In this document: one piece after another, positions 37,141 to 50,860 of the stretch
How positions within the stretch are numbered: position 1 is the stretch's first letter
How the letters are laid out: each line of letters begins with the position of its first letter
Assembly: GCA_964276515.1 (NCBI GenBank)
Contig: OZ193909.1
Coordinates: 12,214,001 to 12,278,000 of the forward strand
Source: Gordius albopunctatus
Lineage: Eukaryota
Direction: 5' to 3'
DNA: 64,000 bases
Translations under genes and position numbers: made by a program
The notes under the pieces: model-generated
Database searches by the model: none
What the model was told of the DNA's origin: nothing
What the model saw: only the letters and a program-made list of their open reading frames with translations

Positions 37141-37531
37141 CAGAACCAGCAGCCTATATAATACCTGCAGCAGAGTTAAATATTTAAAGTAACATTACGA
37201 TGGGAATTTTTTTTGATAGTTTAGCAAAGAAATGTAAATTAAAATTAGTTTAAATTTCCTTTTAATTTTTGCTTATAATTATTTATAGTTATATCATAGT
37301 TTTTAAGTTATATGCAAGTATTTAGAATTTAAATATTATGGAATCACAAATATTTATTTCTTTAAATACAAATCAAATATTTTGAAAAAGTTGGCATATT
37401 ATCAGCTGAAAAATTAAAATATTTGAGCGATGCCTTTATCATATTATACATAAATACATTCTCTTATTCTAAGTAACTAAATTTTTAGTTAATTATAGCA
37501 TTATTTTAGATTTAGGGACATTAGGTCAATT

Positions 37532-40500
37532 ATGAATGATATTCAGAGTTTAGATCGTCGTAAACAGGAATTGCTTGAAGCTAGGTTCTTAGGAAATAAA
37601 GTATACTTTTGTTAATATTTAGTTATAATGCCTCTCTGCTTTTTATATATCTTTGTTGCAATATTTACTCTTATAGATATGATAAAATATACTCTTATAG
37701 ATTTGCCATTTGTTTTATTAAAAATATTTTTTTTATCTTAGATGCCATCAAACACTAGTAATTCATCCAATGCCTCTGCTCAAAATTGCAATATCAATTC
37801 CAATATTACAATTACAAGCCATTCCAATCAATGTAATAGTTTTCAACAATTGGCACCACCAGGCATGTGCAGCACCACAAGCAATAGCTATCCAGGTTTT
37901 CCTCAAACCACTACTACTGATTCAAACCAAAGCACAGCTAGTACTGAATCAAGCATAAGTAGAGATATAGCTAATGCTACACTTAATAGTGACATGGTAA
38001 TTTGATATTAACATTATTTTAACAACTTTTAATTAATAATTCTTAATAAAACTTAGTCATTGTATCTGACAACAATTATATAAAGAATTTACTTTATAAA
38101 TTATATCATTATAATTCTAATATAGCTGGCTACACCTGAAAAAGTGGGCTCTCACAGTGAAAGAAAACGGAAAAGACGAGGTGAATCAAAATCTATAGAA
38201 GAAGGTTATAATTAAATTTTGTTATATAATTTTATTGTTGTTATATAGTTAAAAAGGGTATAGTTGAACCTTATAATCATGGAAAGAAGATAAATGAATA
38301 CTTCAAAGTATGTCAAGTAATGTTTTTAAATTAGCTGTACTTCTTTCTAACCATTTATTACCTTTTCTTATATATAAGATTCATCATGAATTAAAACCAA
38401 ATAAAATAATTTATAAACAATGTCTGATTGAATGAGATTTTATGTTCATGGTAAAAAATATAATAGTTATAATTAATCTAATGTATGTACATTTTTATAT
38501 TTAACAGGGAGAAAGTCCCAAACAAAATATGAACCAAAGTCCCTACAAAACCCCAGTGAATAATCATGTAAATACATCATTATCTGTAAGTTCATTCATA
38601 TTTTTACATGCTGCCTGATATTATCAATTGAAAATGTTGTTTTGTAATGTCAACTCATATTATATATCCATGTTCTCAAGTTCAATTCAAATAGCAATGC
38701 CCAATCATTGCATATTCCAGCCTATAATTCGCCCCTTCAGAGTGGTGAAATGGGTCAAATGACACATCCTTTGCCCAAGACACCCCTTTCACACAACACC
38801 CGTTCTCAATTACTTCACCCCCCTCAAACACCCACTTCCTCTTTACCTCCTTGCTTGAACAACATCAACTCTAAAGTCAATATTGGTAAGTACACTTTAT
38901 AATGTTTTAGCATTTTTAATAATGCTTTAAATAGCTATTAGTAGGATAACACCCTCATTTCTAAGAGATATGATTGAATTAAAACTTCTTCAAATACTCT
39001 ATTTTTAAGAGTCTATATCTTACAAACAAATTGAATCTGATTTTAAATAATTTTTGAAGAAGCAAAGATGTTACAATGTTTTTGTAAGAAAAACTTCTAA
39101 ATCGAGCTCATCTCAAATTAATAAGATGTTTGCATAATTACTAACACGGAAAACCAAAAGAGAAGGCTGTAATTATAACTTTTTCCTTTTAAATAAATTA
39201 ATGCTAAGGATCAATGAAATAAACAGTGCAATCTTTGTTTTATTTGTATAGGATTAGTAATTTATGTTTTAAATGCTATTTTATAATTAACATAACTAAG
39301 GCTCAAGGTTGTTGAAGAAAGATTTACCTTCAACCAATGTCTGATTAGGAATTTTGTTAAAGTAATGTTTGTAGTTACCTTAATTGGTAGCCTTGTGTAA
39401 CTCCAACAAATATCTAGCAATGTGTAATAACACCCATGTGTGTGTGTTCGTAATGAATGTAAAGGTGACAGCGCCGTAGATATGTCAAGCTTAAGCATGG
39501 GCCAACATCCCTTCCAACGCCACAACCCCTACGGTAGTACTCACTCTAGCACCACATCCCAACCTTCACACCTATCCACCGCCTCCAAAGCTTGCCAAGT
39601 ATTATTCCACCCTCTTACTCCATATTTAAAATCTATATATATATACTTAACGTGATATGGCTGTCAAAAGCACATATAACCAAAATTTTAGCTTAATTTA
39701 TCGAAATTTAGCCTAAATAGATTGTATTTATATATATATTTCTAAGTAAATATCACAGAGGACGGAGATTTACATCACAGGAGATGCTCTGTTATAAGAT
39801 AACTAAGTTTAAATGTTAACCTGATTGCTAATTTTATCACTACCTAAAATGGCGGATTTGGTTTGGGTTTACTTAAAAACACTACCATTTATCTAAATCA
39901 TATAATTGTAATCTTCTTTTTTAGACAGGTCCCATGTATGATTGTATAAAGTTCGAAAGAATCGTAAACTTTAATACTACTAATATTTTTTTATGGACAA
40001 AAAATGTATTGCTGACCATTGTTATTTTCTACAATTTGAATATATGTTTCCTAACGCACAGAGTGATTTAACCATGAATATGGTATTGGATTTGGAATCG
40101 CAAACGACCAACGATATGCTGCAAAAGAATATGGCAATCGAAGAGTTGCAAAAGGTAAAACTAGCGATGTAATGGGCCCGCCGAAGGGTCTTATAGAGTG
40201 ATATTATGGTGTGCATAATAAAATAGGCACACCCCTATGTAAAATCTCCTTTTCTTTTGAACACTTTCAAACTGACTACGGGTATATTCTTTTGTCGTAG
40301 AGACTCGGATGTGGCATCATTAGATATACTATGGTTAGGGGGGTTAGCTAGCGCTGTGTGCTGTACGCTGCAGTCATTTATCGATAATCTTAATTTCACA
40401 AATGTAGCTAGAAAAGACGGCATAAGTGGTGGTGCTATAAAATTAAAACGCTCGCCCCATGGTAATTTTACCTAATAGTTAGAACCATACGGGAGTGGAT

Positions 40501-43500
40501 CAGTAAAACGGGGACTTTATACTAGGGAAGCGCATCTCACGCTAGACTCTTATGATGGTGGTGGTACTAAGTCTTTTTAACCCTTTTAACAGCGCAGGCC
40601 TTAAACGACGCACTACATAACAACACTAGGTAAAACCCTCCTCTTGTATTGCCATTTACAAATCGCTGATAAATTAGATGGATAAACGCTTGGGAATCAT
40701 GGAATCATGTTTTTTAAAAAAATTAATTTCAAGATTGGGTAAACTTTGACATTGCTCATGAAAAAATGTAAATTTAACCTACCCTCTATCGCAAGATTTA
40801 TGTTATAATCATGAAAATTGTAATGAAGGTGACATATTAAGTAATATATTTTATTAATCTTATCTTTTTGTTGCTAGACCAACATCGATTTGGCGCACAT
40901 AAATGCCGAATTGACCAAAACCAATATGCTCCTGAAAGAACAAATGGATAAGCATAAAGAACTCGTAGCCCGGTGCACCATCATGAAGAAAAAATTACTC
41001 ATCGAAAAGGTACTATAACATTAATCAAAAATTTTTTGTAGTTCCATAATTTATAAAATTTCAAATCAATTTATTCCTAGGCCTAGTTGACAATTTTAAG
41101 AACAACTCCATTTTGTGATCTAAGCTATGAGGATTCATATTAGTTTAAAGTAGCCTAAATCTATTAAAATGTACTAACTGTTTAAATCCACCGTCTATAA
41201 TGTGACGACATATCGAAGCTTTGGTAAAATGAACCTGAACATAGCCAGGATTGGAATGGGGGGGGGGGCAAAATAACAATTTTTTAAATTTTAGCCTTAA
41301 TTTGATGAGATTTTTGGGATTTAGAGGGCTCCTTGGCATCCCCTGGCCACGTCCATTGCTCTAGTCGTTTTGTTATATATCTATGCCTTGTTATCCCTCA
41401 TGGTAGAGCATGTTGGAAAAGAAAGAGGCTAGACAACGGTGCATGCATAATCGCTTCAAGCTAGGCCAGTTCGTAACTCAACGTCAGGGCGTGCATTTCG
41501 TAGAAAATTGGGTAGACGGGTCCGCCTTTAACGAGCTTATCCGGTTTGTAACCTTTTAAATATATCTTAATTTTAGCCTATTTGTGTCACTAAAAATATT
41601 GTGCGAGCTATTCGGTTTAACGCGTGTTAGTACTGTAAACATTTATTGAAGACTTGATGCTTAGCATACGATTTTTACGTATTTGTCATATTAAGACAGT
41701 TGTTTATACCAGCAATCAAGATTGTGTAGAAATTTATTAGTAAATAATACCTTAGTTTATACTTTTTTGACGCACTCTAGTTATTATATATTCCTCGATA
41801 AATTAATTTCGATTTGTGCAATACAATTTTAGAAGTGTATCGTCGAAAGGTAAAGAAGAACGTTATCTTAACAATGCTCTGTAATTTTTTATAAATTGGT
41901 CTAGGAGAAAACTGCCATTCGAAGTTAAAATTAGAATTGTGATTATGTTACCCTCCGCTTATGTTTTTATTTAATCCTCTCCTTAAAATATTGGCTCCTA
42001 TCCTTTTCTAATTCCAAAAATTTCTTTCGGATTAATAAAGGGTTTTTTAAATCATCGTTAAAAATGTGCTAAAATATATTTAATTAATGAGCAGGCATTG
42101 ACTGGGTTTTGTAAATTAGACCTTTGGTTTTAGTCGACTAAATATAGTGAGACCAAGGGTTTGACCAAGAAATTTTTGGTCTGCCTATGTGCCTAAGAAA
42201 AATAGACCAAAAAATCTTTTATGTTTAGACGACGACTGAAACTAAAGGTCGACGAATCATATTCCAACCGTTTTTACAACACTAAAGACATATCGAACGA
42301 AACTATATATTGGATTTCACGATTTCCATAATTCTTCTTAATGTAGAAAAGGGCAATTTTGAGTCGCTTTAAACCATTAATTAATACCAACATTACTCTT
42401 AACCTAATCAACGTATATGCTTTAAAAAACGCATACCCTTTCTCCAGACGCCAAAACGAGATTACGATGGAGAAGGAGGAACTGGAACGGCAAAAAAAGG
42501 CGCTGACCAAGAAGAAACCCATGGTGGAGGGTGGGAAATTCGTATCATCCGCCAAAGGTTACAAAGCCCTAACCCCTTCTCACCATCAAGCCCAAATAGT
42601 GAACCAACAACAGCAACCCGCCGTGGTGCCGCCCTCTAATGCACCCCTCTCATCTGATGATTCTGGTGCATCGCCTAGCAATAACGCTAATGCCACCAGC
42701 ACCACCAATAACCCCACTCAAACGGGCAATGCTCAGAATAACACCTCGTCCCAAACCACTTATAATACCCCGGGGCTCGGTAACGTCAATATCTCTGGTC
42801 TCGGATCGATCGGGACCAATTGTAATAACGTCGGACCCGGCGGTGGGACTGGCCCGACCAATAGCCCTTACCCCGCCGGAGGAGCCAACCCCTCTCAACT
42901 GCAGTACGTTTGATTTTAACGTCTCACCACACATTTGCTTGTTGTAAGGCGGTGCTTAATTCGATTTTTTGCATAGCTACAGTAGCAAGCTTGCTTAGCT
43001 ACAATTGCTTCAACCGAACCCTCAAATTCACTTTGAATTGTGTCTAAAACTAGAATTTTCGATGCCTATTTATTTACAAAACTAAAAGCGGGAAGATTTA
43101 TCATCATTAAAAAGAATATGTTTGTAAAACGTTATTGCGAAATCTGCAAAGAGACGCCCTTGTTTATATTATTATAGTAACATTTAAAGCACACCTTTTA
43201 GATTCACTTATAAATGCACATCTCATATTCTAATCTTCATGCTTGTGTTTTAGGATGACCCTGATGGATTACCATATACAAGAAGAAATTCTCAAGCTTC
43301 GTCAACTGCAATTGAAGAAGGAGGAAAACGATTTGCAGGTTGATTTGGAGAAGTTGGAACGGGAGAGAAATCTTCACGTTAGAGAATTGAAGAGGATCGA
43401 TCACGAAGATCAGAGCAGGTGAGTCATAATTCTCCCCTCCCCCTGTCTTGTATTAGGTGATAGTTTTTTCCCTATTTTACAGCCTATGAATGAATGAATT

Positions 43501-46500
43501 TCCTCAGACTTTAGTTTAGAGATTCAAATTGTTTCCATGATTTTCCAATATGGTGGTGGTGGTTGTGTGGAAATTTTTTAAGATTCTAATTTTGGGCTTA
43601 GGCTTAGGCAATAATATATGAAGGAAGGGTTATAGCCATTAAAAGCTTTTCTTAAAATGGGATTTTGTGTGGGAACAAATATCTGCCGTAACCTAGTCTT
43701 GTCTTAACTTTAATTTGCAACACTTACACATACACCGTAGAGCACATAATAATGTATGATCGAATTTCGAAATTTCTGTCCGAGCCGTTCTGCTTTGGAA
43801 TTTATTTGAATAGCCCTTTTAATTTTTGCACTCATTTATTTTAAGGTTCAAGGATAACGTTATCCTGAATGATCGCTACCTCTTGTTGTGCCTCTTGGGC
43901 AAAGGCGGTTTCAGCGAGGTGCACAAGGTAGTAATAACCATTAAATTGACAATGTTTTGTAAGCCCTTAAAATCTTTGTTTTTGAAATCTTCAACGTCTA
44001 TATATTAATTTAATGGTCATGGTGTTGGAATATATACGTGGGCGTAGCCCATGGGGGGGGGAGGGAGAAGTGGCTGCCCCCTCCTCCACCCCTCTTAAAT
44101 CCAAAATTTTGTTGAAATTTTCTAAAATTATGGATAAAATTTCAAAAAATGATCATTTTGCCCCTCCCTAAATAGTTTTTGCCCCCCCCTCTAATTCCAA
44201 TGCTGGTTACGGCCTATGTTGTAATTACAAAATTTTAATTAAGAATGATATTTTAAAGGATATCATTGATTTATAAGCCATTCGCATCTCGCTTTAGGGT
44301 TACGATTTGAACGAGCAAAGGTACGTGGCTTGCAAGATACATCAGCTCAATAAGGATTGGAAGGATGATAAAAAGGCAAATTATATAAAGTAAGGTCTTT
44401 CTTCCCTTTTTTCCCCTTCGTAATAAATCATTCGTCTCTCGCATTTTGTTCATAAATTAAATTTACAATCGATTGCTTTTAGGCACGCCGTCCGGGAATA
44501 CAATATACACAAGGGATTGAATCACGACAAAATCATCAAGTTGTTTGACGTTTTCGAGATCGATAGCAACTCGTAAGTTTACTCCCCTGCCCTACCTATG
44601 TATTTTTTTATCAAACAAATTTACTGTCTTTGACATAAAAATTAAGCACCAAGAAATTAATTTCGCCTTCAAAAGGCAGCCAAGAATGAGCAAATTATTT
44701 GAAAATATATATGTGACAATTAAAATTCCTGTTTTTATTTAAATTTGTACCTAGTGATTTTGTGTGTTAATCTTGTGCATGTTTTGCTCGCCCAGATTTT
44801 GTACCATTTTGGAGTACTGCGACGGCAACGACCTGGACTTTTACCTCAAGCAGCACAAATTTATATCGGAGCGTGAGGCCCGAAACATTATTCTCCAAGC
44901 CATAAGCGCCATAAAATACCTCAACGAGATCAAGCCCCCCATTATCCATTACGACCTGAAGCCAGGTATTATTTATACACTATACTTTACCTTTGTGTAT
45001 TTGGGTGAAATTGTGCTGATAAATGCTATTGCTAACATATCATAATTCATATGTATATATAATTTTTGGGATTGTTTAGTGTTTAGGTGGTAGGAACGGG
45101 CGATAAATTGCTCTGTGAAATTTGGTTTTGGAATGTGTTTCGCTATAATTCCCTCCTAATTACTAAATATTTATTAGTGCACATTCAAGGCGCGCTCCGA
45201 TATGTTATTTTTTAATTATCAAACTTGTAAATGCGTTTTAAAATTAATATATGTACGATACTTTGAATGATGGTAATTGTGCCCTTAGGCAACATACTTT
45301 TGCAAAGTGGCACGGTCAGCGGGGAAATCAAGATAACCGATTTCGGGTTGAGCAAGATCATGACGCACGACGGGCCCGACACTACGCTGGAAATGGATTT
45401 AACGTCTCAAGGGGCCGGCACTTATTGGTTCATATATTTTTGTTTTGTCATTTGCGACAGCTTTGCAAACTTTTCCCTTGCCCCGAGCCCGATATTTATT
45501 TTAGTTGAAAACTTTAATTTAATTATGATGATTAGGTGTTTTTTACTTTGTATGAAATGACGACATAATTAATCGAAATCATTAGGTTATGTTGAAAAAC
45601 TGTTAAATATAGTAGATCTATTCGGGCGTGAGTTTATTATCCTAGCCCCACCCAAATTTGCTCTTATATTGAGGCAGACTAGTTTAAATATCGAAAAAAT
45701 ATACAATATGACCCTTACTATCGTAAGTTATCTTTTCAATAATAAATATCTTATTATTAACTATTATAGACATTTGAATTGAGTTAAGTTATTTTGCGTT
45801 ATAAAATCTCAAGGTATCTTCCACCCGAATGTTTCGAAATCGGAAAAATCCCTCCCAAAATATCATCCAAAGTCGATGTGTGGAGCGTTGGCATAATATT
45901 TTACCAATGTCTATATGGCAAAAAGGTAAGCCTTAAACACCCCAAACCTCTACATAGTGGTTTTTTAATTAATCTGAATGGCCCATAACACGACATTTTA
46001 TCAAATTAATATTTAGAATGATTATTATATGTATATAAGTCATATTATGGAGTTTAATACTAATATTTTTTTAAATCTAATAGCCGTTCGGTCACAATCA
46101 AAGTCAGGCTACGATCCTACAAGAAAAAACGATCCTCAAAGCCAAAGAAGTCGAGTTCCCGACCAAACCATTAGTCAGCGTGGAAGCGAAGGTAGTTTTG
46201 TGAATTTTAACATTGCGCCATAGCATAGTTTTTAAGGTGGATTTTTTGCGACATGACTCATAGTATAACTTTAATCAAAAATGAAACTATTTTTTAACCC
46301 TAAGGACTCGAAATCAACTTTAAATTATTAATTCCTAAACCGGTAGCTTCCCTCCGTTTATTTTTGTTCTGCTAATTTACCCATTTCACTCATCTATCAT
46401 CGCCACAGTTAGTGTTATTAATATGCTGGAATAGGTTGTGCTTGGATTGTGCTAAACCTGGTAATAGGCACATATCTCCTACCATTACCATCAACATAAC

Positions 46501-47321
46501 GGGCACATGCTGCTTAATAACCCGGTTACTAGCAGGGTAGATTAAAGTTGCATGGTTGCTGGTTGAGAAAGAAGTAACTAACCGGGCATTTAGCAGATTG
46601 GATCGATATAAACCGTGGTATCGAGCAAATTAAAAATATATTATAAAGAACTTTGCCCCCCCCCCTTATTTTTTACCCTCTTTGTCACCCAGGGGAAGGG
46701 GGGGGCAAACCAACGGGACAAAAAAGGGGGGGGGGCAAAGTTCTTTATAATATATTTTGAAGTTTCAAACAACCCTGCTCGACACCAGGGTGTTTATCAA
46801 TCCAATCTGCTAAATGCCCGGTTAGTTACATCTCTCTCAATCAGCAACCATGGTAACTTTAACCGGGTTATTAAGCAGCACGTGCTCGTTATGTTGATGG
46901 TAATGGGCGAGATGTAGGCTACTACCATAGGTTATGATTTTAGCATTTAAGCATATTAACAACATTAACCACAGTATCCTTTGATATCATTTATCACCTG
47001 TCTACGCCTTTTTGAATATATATTTGGTATCCGAAGTTAACGTTTTCAGAAATCTAAATTTCAGTTCTTAAATAAATCACAAACTTTTTAAAGTTAGATA
47101 TAATAGAGTATAAATTCAAAATAATTAATTAGGAATGGAAATCATTTACCTTTAAATGTTTAGCATTATATTATTATATGAACCACTCCCCCTAGGCATT
47201 TATAAGGAAATGTCTTCAGTACCGGAAAGAAGATCGGGCCAACATATTCGAGTTGGCGTCCGACGATTACCTAAAACCGAAAGAACGCAAAGGCTCTAGC
47301 GGTGCTTCTATGAATAACTAA
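37532..47321 (+). CDS. TLK: Tousled-like kinase; exons 37532-37600, 37742-37996, 38126-38204, 38249-38307, 38508-38585, 38681-38885, 39465-39598, 40062-40154, 40878-41009, 41407-41543, 42448-42903, 43254-43418, 43846-43927, 44298-44389, 44483-44572, 44796-44965, 45289-45427, 45814-45925, 46084-46191, 47196-47321
   Basis: [121 protein letters not shown]. Junctions are GT-AG and in phase; low-complexity N-terminal exons are less certain. Confidence 0.93.
46410..46967. mobile_element. 558-bp foldback element in the last TLK intron
   Basis: Arms inverted along nearly the whole length (e.g. TAACTAACCGGGCATTTAGCAGATTGGAT / ATCCAATCTGCTAAATGCCCGGTTAGTTA); flanks GCCACAGT / ACCACAGT (8-bp TSD, 7 of 8). 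Confidence 0.88.
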
Positions 47322-49429
47322 AAGTCGTCTCGAACCAATCAATTATTTCGTAACATTGGATCATCCTCGTTATTATATACACATATGATAGCCGTGGCCA
47401 ACAAATTTCTAAAGTATTTTGAACAACCGGAAAACCGTGTGATACGTCTATATCTTAGATTATCCTCTCTCCTTTGGTCCAATCACAACCCGTTGTACAT
47501 CATCACCCACATTATTATTATTCATATTATAATGTCATTGCGCGTTTATTACGTTAGTGAATTTATTTGCTCTCCAATTCTACCCCCCCCACGCCTTATT
47601 TCACCCTCCGTCATCACGCTCTCTATATAGTTTAATGTCGTATCCCCCCCCCCACAAATCCCAAAGAAATTCGTCAGACGCTTCTAATTATTTTATTTTT
47701 GTTACACTTTTGGTGGTCCCATCGATTTACAACTTTTATTATACATTATGGCTCCTCCTGTGTGCGTGTGTGTGTTACAATTATTGCGTGAAATAACTTT
47801 AAATCCTGATACGATTCATTCCCTCCCCCCCTCCCCCTTTCACTCACGCTAAAAGATCAGGGTTGGGTTGAGGCTATTATATCAATTGTGCGCGCGTACC
47901 GCGGTTCCATGTTATCCCAAGCTTCTGTGCGAAGATGCGCTTATTTATAAATTAACATACACCGAGCATATATATATGTATAATATTCAATAAATAATTA
48001 TGTATAGGGTTTTTTCATCAAAAAATCAGGGATGGAGTATATTTTCGTTGAGTTTTGGAGTTATGTTTGTAGACGAGATTGTATGGAGATAGGTTTAAAG
48101 ATTTCTCCCTTTATTCAAGTTAATAAACTTACTTTGCCCGACTCAACTATGAGGAATTAAAATGTAACAATCCATTGGGTCTTTAAACATAATAAAGATT
48201 TTTGTGGCTGCTCTTGTCCCGTCCTATATCTAATAATTTTGCCTGGTATATGATAGAAAACCTGGCAATATATGTGGTTTTATATCAGCGATGGTTTGGG
48301 AGTTAAACCCGTCACCCAAAAAGTAAATGATGTACCATTAAAGATTTAACATTTTTTAGGGGTTTAATAAAACTCGGGCCTTCGGCCCTCGTGGGAAGGG
48401 GGGAATGGGAGTAGAGGAAGGGAAGGGGGAACTCTTCTATACTCCGTATAGACGTAGTATATTTGCTATGCAATTTATGGGCGAGAAAGGTGGGAAGGGG
48501 CGAGAATTAAGCCCTAATCATGCTTTCAAGCATGTAATGGCTGCAATATATATTTATTTTAACAACCATATTTTTTTAGCTAGAAAAATTATTTATAATA
48601 TTTAATGGTAAATGTAATTAAATAATTCAACATAAATATTTGGTCGGATTAGTTATGTAACAGATGTTTGTTAAATACGATTGCCGTCCTTGACTCATAA
48701 AAAACCCCGAGCCTTGCCGGCAGCTTGTATATGGTCAGGCGGGCACCTCAAGAGTATTCGGACTTAATAGGCTTTTCTTTAATTTTTATTTACTTTATTT
48801 TTGCGTAATATTTGTTTTGGCTTTGATATTTAAGTGGAAAAAATATAGAGAATTTATTTAGTCGCTATTTGTGAATTTACAGTAAAAACTAAGTTTAAGC
48901 TAGAAGTGCTAAATGAATTTAATCTAAATAGCGTAAAAGAATTATCTTTCCAGAAGATTCGAAATCTTAAATAAGTTTAAATTACAAATTATTTTATTGA
49001 AATTAAATTAATAATTACCTTTTGTGAATTTAAAATGATGCGCGCTGTATTAATTGTTAATGATTAAGTTTGTAGATGGTGTATTGGAAATAAAGAAATG
49101 AGTATTTAAAAATTTACAAAGTCATCCTCTCTATACGATTTATCCGTTTCCCTCAGAAAACCCATTAAATTCCAAGGTTGAGTAATTAAAGTAAGATTAA
49201 GTTATTGGGGGAAGGGGGTACTCGAGAGTTTTTTCGATCTATTTTTATTTCAGTGTAGCTATTGGGGAAAGCGGGTTCTCGAGAGTATGTTTTTGGGGGG
49301 CATTAATTAGGGTTAATAAATAACCTATCAAAATTAATTTAGCGATAACAAATATTATTTTTTTAATTTGAAAAGGTGCCTAACATTGAGAAATATGTAT
49401 TTATTAAATTACTATTAAATAAAAAATAG

Positions 49430-49830
49430 GTAAAATAGCTGATATAAGATGGTACTCGGACTATGATATTTGCTTGAGCAGCAAGAAAGGTGTCATTCCA
49501 AATAGTTAAAGATTTTTTAAAGGGAACTTCCCATTTGGCGTTAAAGTAAAAAACGTTTAGTAATAGCATTCTGTTTAAACTATTAGGTACGGGTGCAGAT
49601 AAAACACGGTCAATAAAGCTGTTTGGTGAAGAACCCATGTATTTATGATATTTCTAGCTGTCTCTACATTTTCATCTTCGAAATTGAGGGATTAAGTTTG
49701 TGCAGCATAATACTTCTCTAAATCTTTAACGAATTTTGGGTGAACCGCAAATTTTTTGTCTAAAAACATTTTGGTGACCCAAGCAATTGTAATAGATGCT
49801 TCGTAATCTTTCAAATCCTGAAAATCTTGA
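49430..49830 (-). pseudogene. Serpin gene fragment (pseudogene)
   Basis: Minus strand reads KMFLDKKFAVHPKFVKDLEKYYAAQT*SLNFEDENVETARNIINTWVLHQT, then after a frameshift MLLLNVFYFNAKWEVPF...TF...VRVP: the serpin INxWV and NxxYFxxxW..PF hallmarks. Confidence 0.8.
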
Positions 49831-50539
49831 TGCATCTCTGGGGGGCGGGAATGTCGACGTTTAGGATCATTACAACGGTCTATAAATACACACGAGTCAA
49901 AAAAAACGAAAATTGGCCAATGGTCATTTTTTCCATTGGTCAGTACCCAGAGATGGTCTTTAAATACATACGAGTCAAAAAAAACAAAAACAAAAATTTC
50001 AATTTACATTTTGGCCAATGGTCATTTTTTCCCATTGGTCAGTAAATTTTTGATGCTCACTTTGGCCAATGGTAATTTTTTCCATTGCTCAGCAGCCAGC
50101 GGACGGCCAAAAAGTCATATTATCAATGGTATTAACAGGAACAATCATAAGAGTCAAAAAAACGGGAAAAAAAATTTCGATTTACAATTCGGCCAATGGT
50201 CATTTTTTTTATGGGTCAGCAGCCAGCGGACGGCCAAAAAGTTATAATAGCAATGGTAGTAACAGGAACAATCATAAAAATTGCATAGCAATTAATCTAT
50301 ATCTATAAAATTCTCGTGAAACGGTGTTTGTTCTTAGACTCCTTCGAAACGACTGGACCGATTTAGATGAAACTTTCTGCGAATGATTGGTAGGTCTGAG
50401 GATAGGTTTTACATTATATTCCAAATTTCTAAGTCTTAAGATGGTCAAGTTATTTAGTTTTATACGTTTTGACGTTTACTAAAATGTCACTCAAACGCCA
50501 CCTCATGACGTATACTGCGTATCTATCGTGTTGTGAATT

Positions 50540-50798
50540 ATAATTGATCAGGTATGTTAACTTAATTAAATGTTAAGTTTTATGTTAAGATTTCTATTTC
50601 ATCATCTTTATTCACTGCCACAATATTACATTTGATATTTGCTCAGGTATGTTATCTTAATTAAATGTTAAGTTTTATGTTAAGATTTCTATTTCATCAT
50701 CTTTATTCACTGCCACAATATTACATTTGATAATTGCTCAGGTATGTTAACTTAATTAAATGTTAAGTTTTATGTTAAGATTTCTTTTTCATCATCTT
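50540..50798 (+). repeat. 95-bp tandem repeat, about 2.7 copies, in the Helitron 5' region
   Basis: CAGGTATGTT recurs at 50549, 50644 and 50739. Confidence 0.9.
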
Positions 50799-50860
50799 CT
50801 ATTTCTTCATTATGTTCAGCTTTCTACTTAATTTTTCAAATACCCTATTTATAGGCAACA

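Noticed and set aside
42359..42913. Stand-alone 184-aa low-complexity protein
   Set aside because: It is TLK exon 11 plus flanking intron read-through.
46615..46917. 100-aa ORF in a TLK intron
   Set aside because: Lies inside the palindromic element; non-ATG start.
49880..50290. CRISPR-like repeat/spacer array
   Set aside because: Eukaryotic context, degenerate units, spacers similar to each other, no cas genes.
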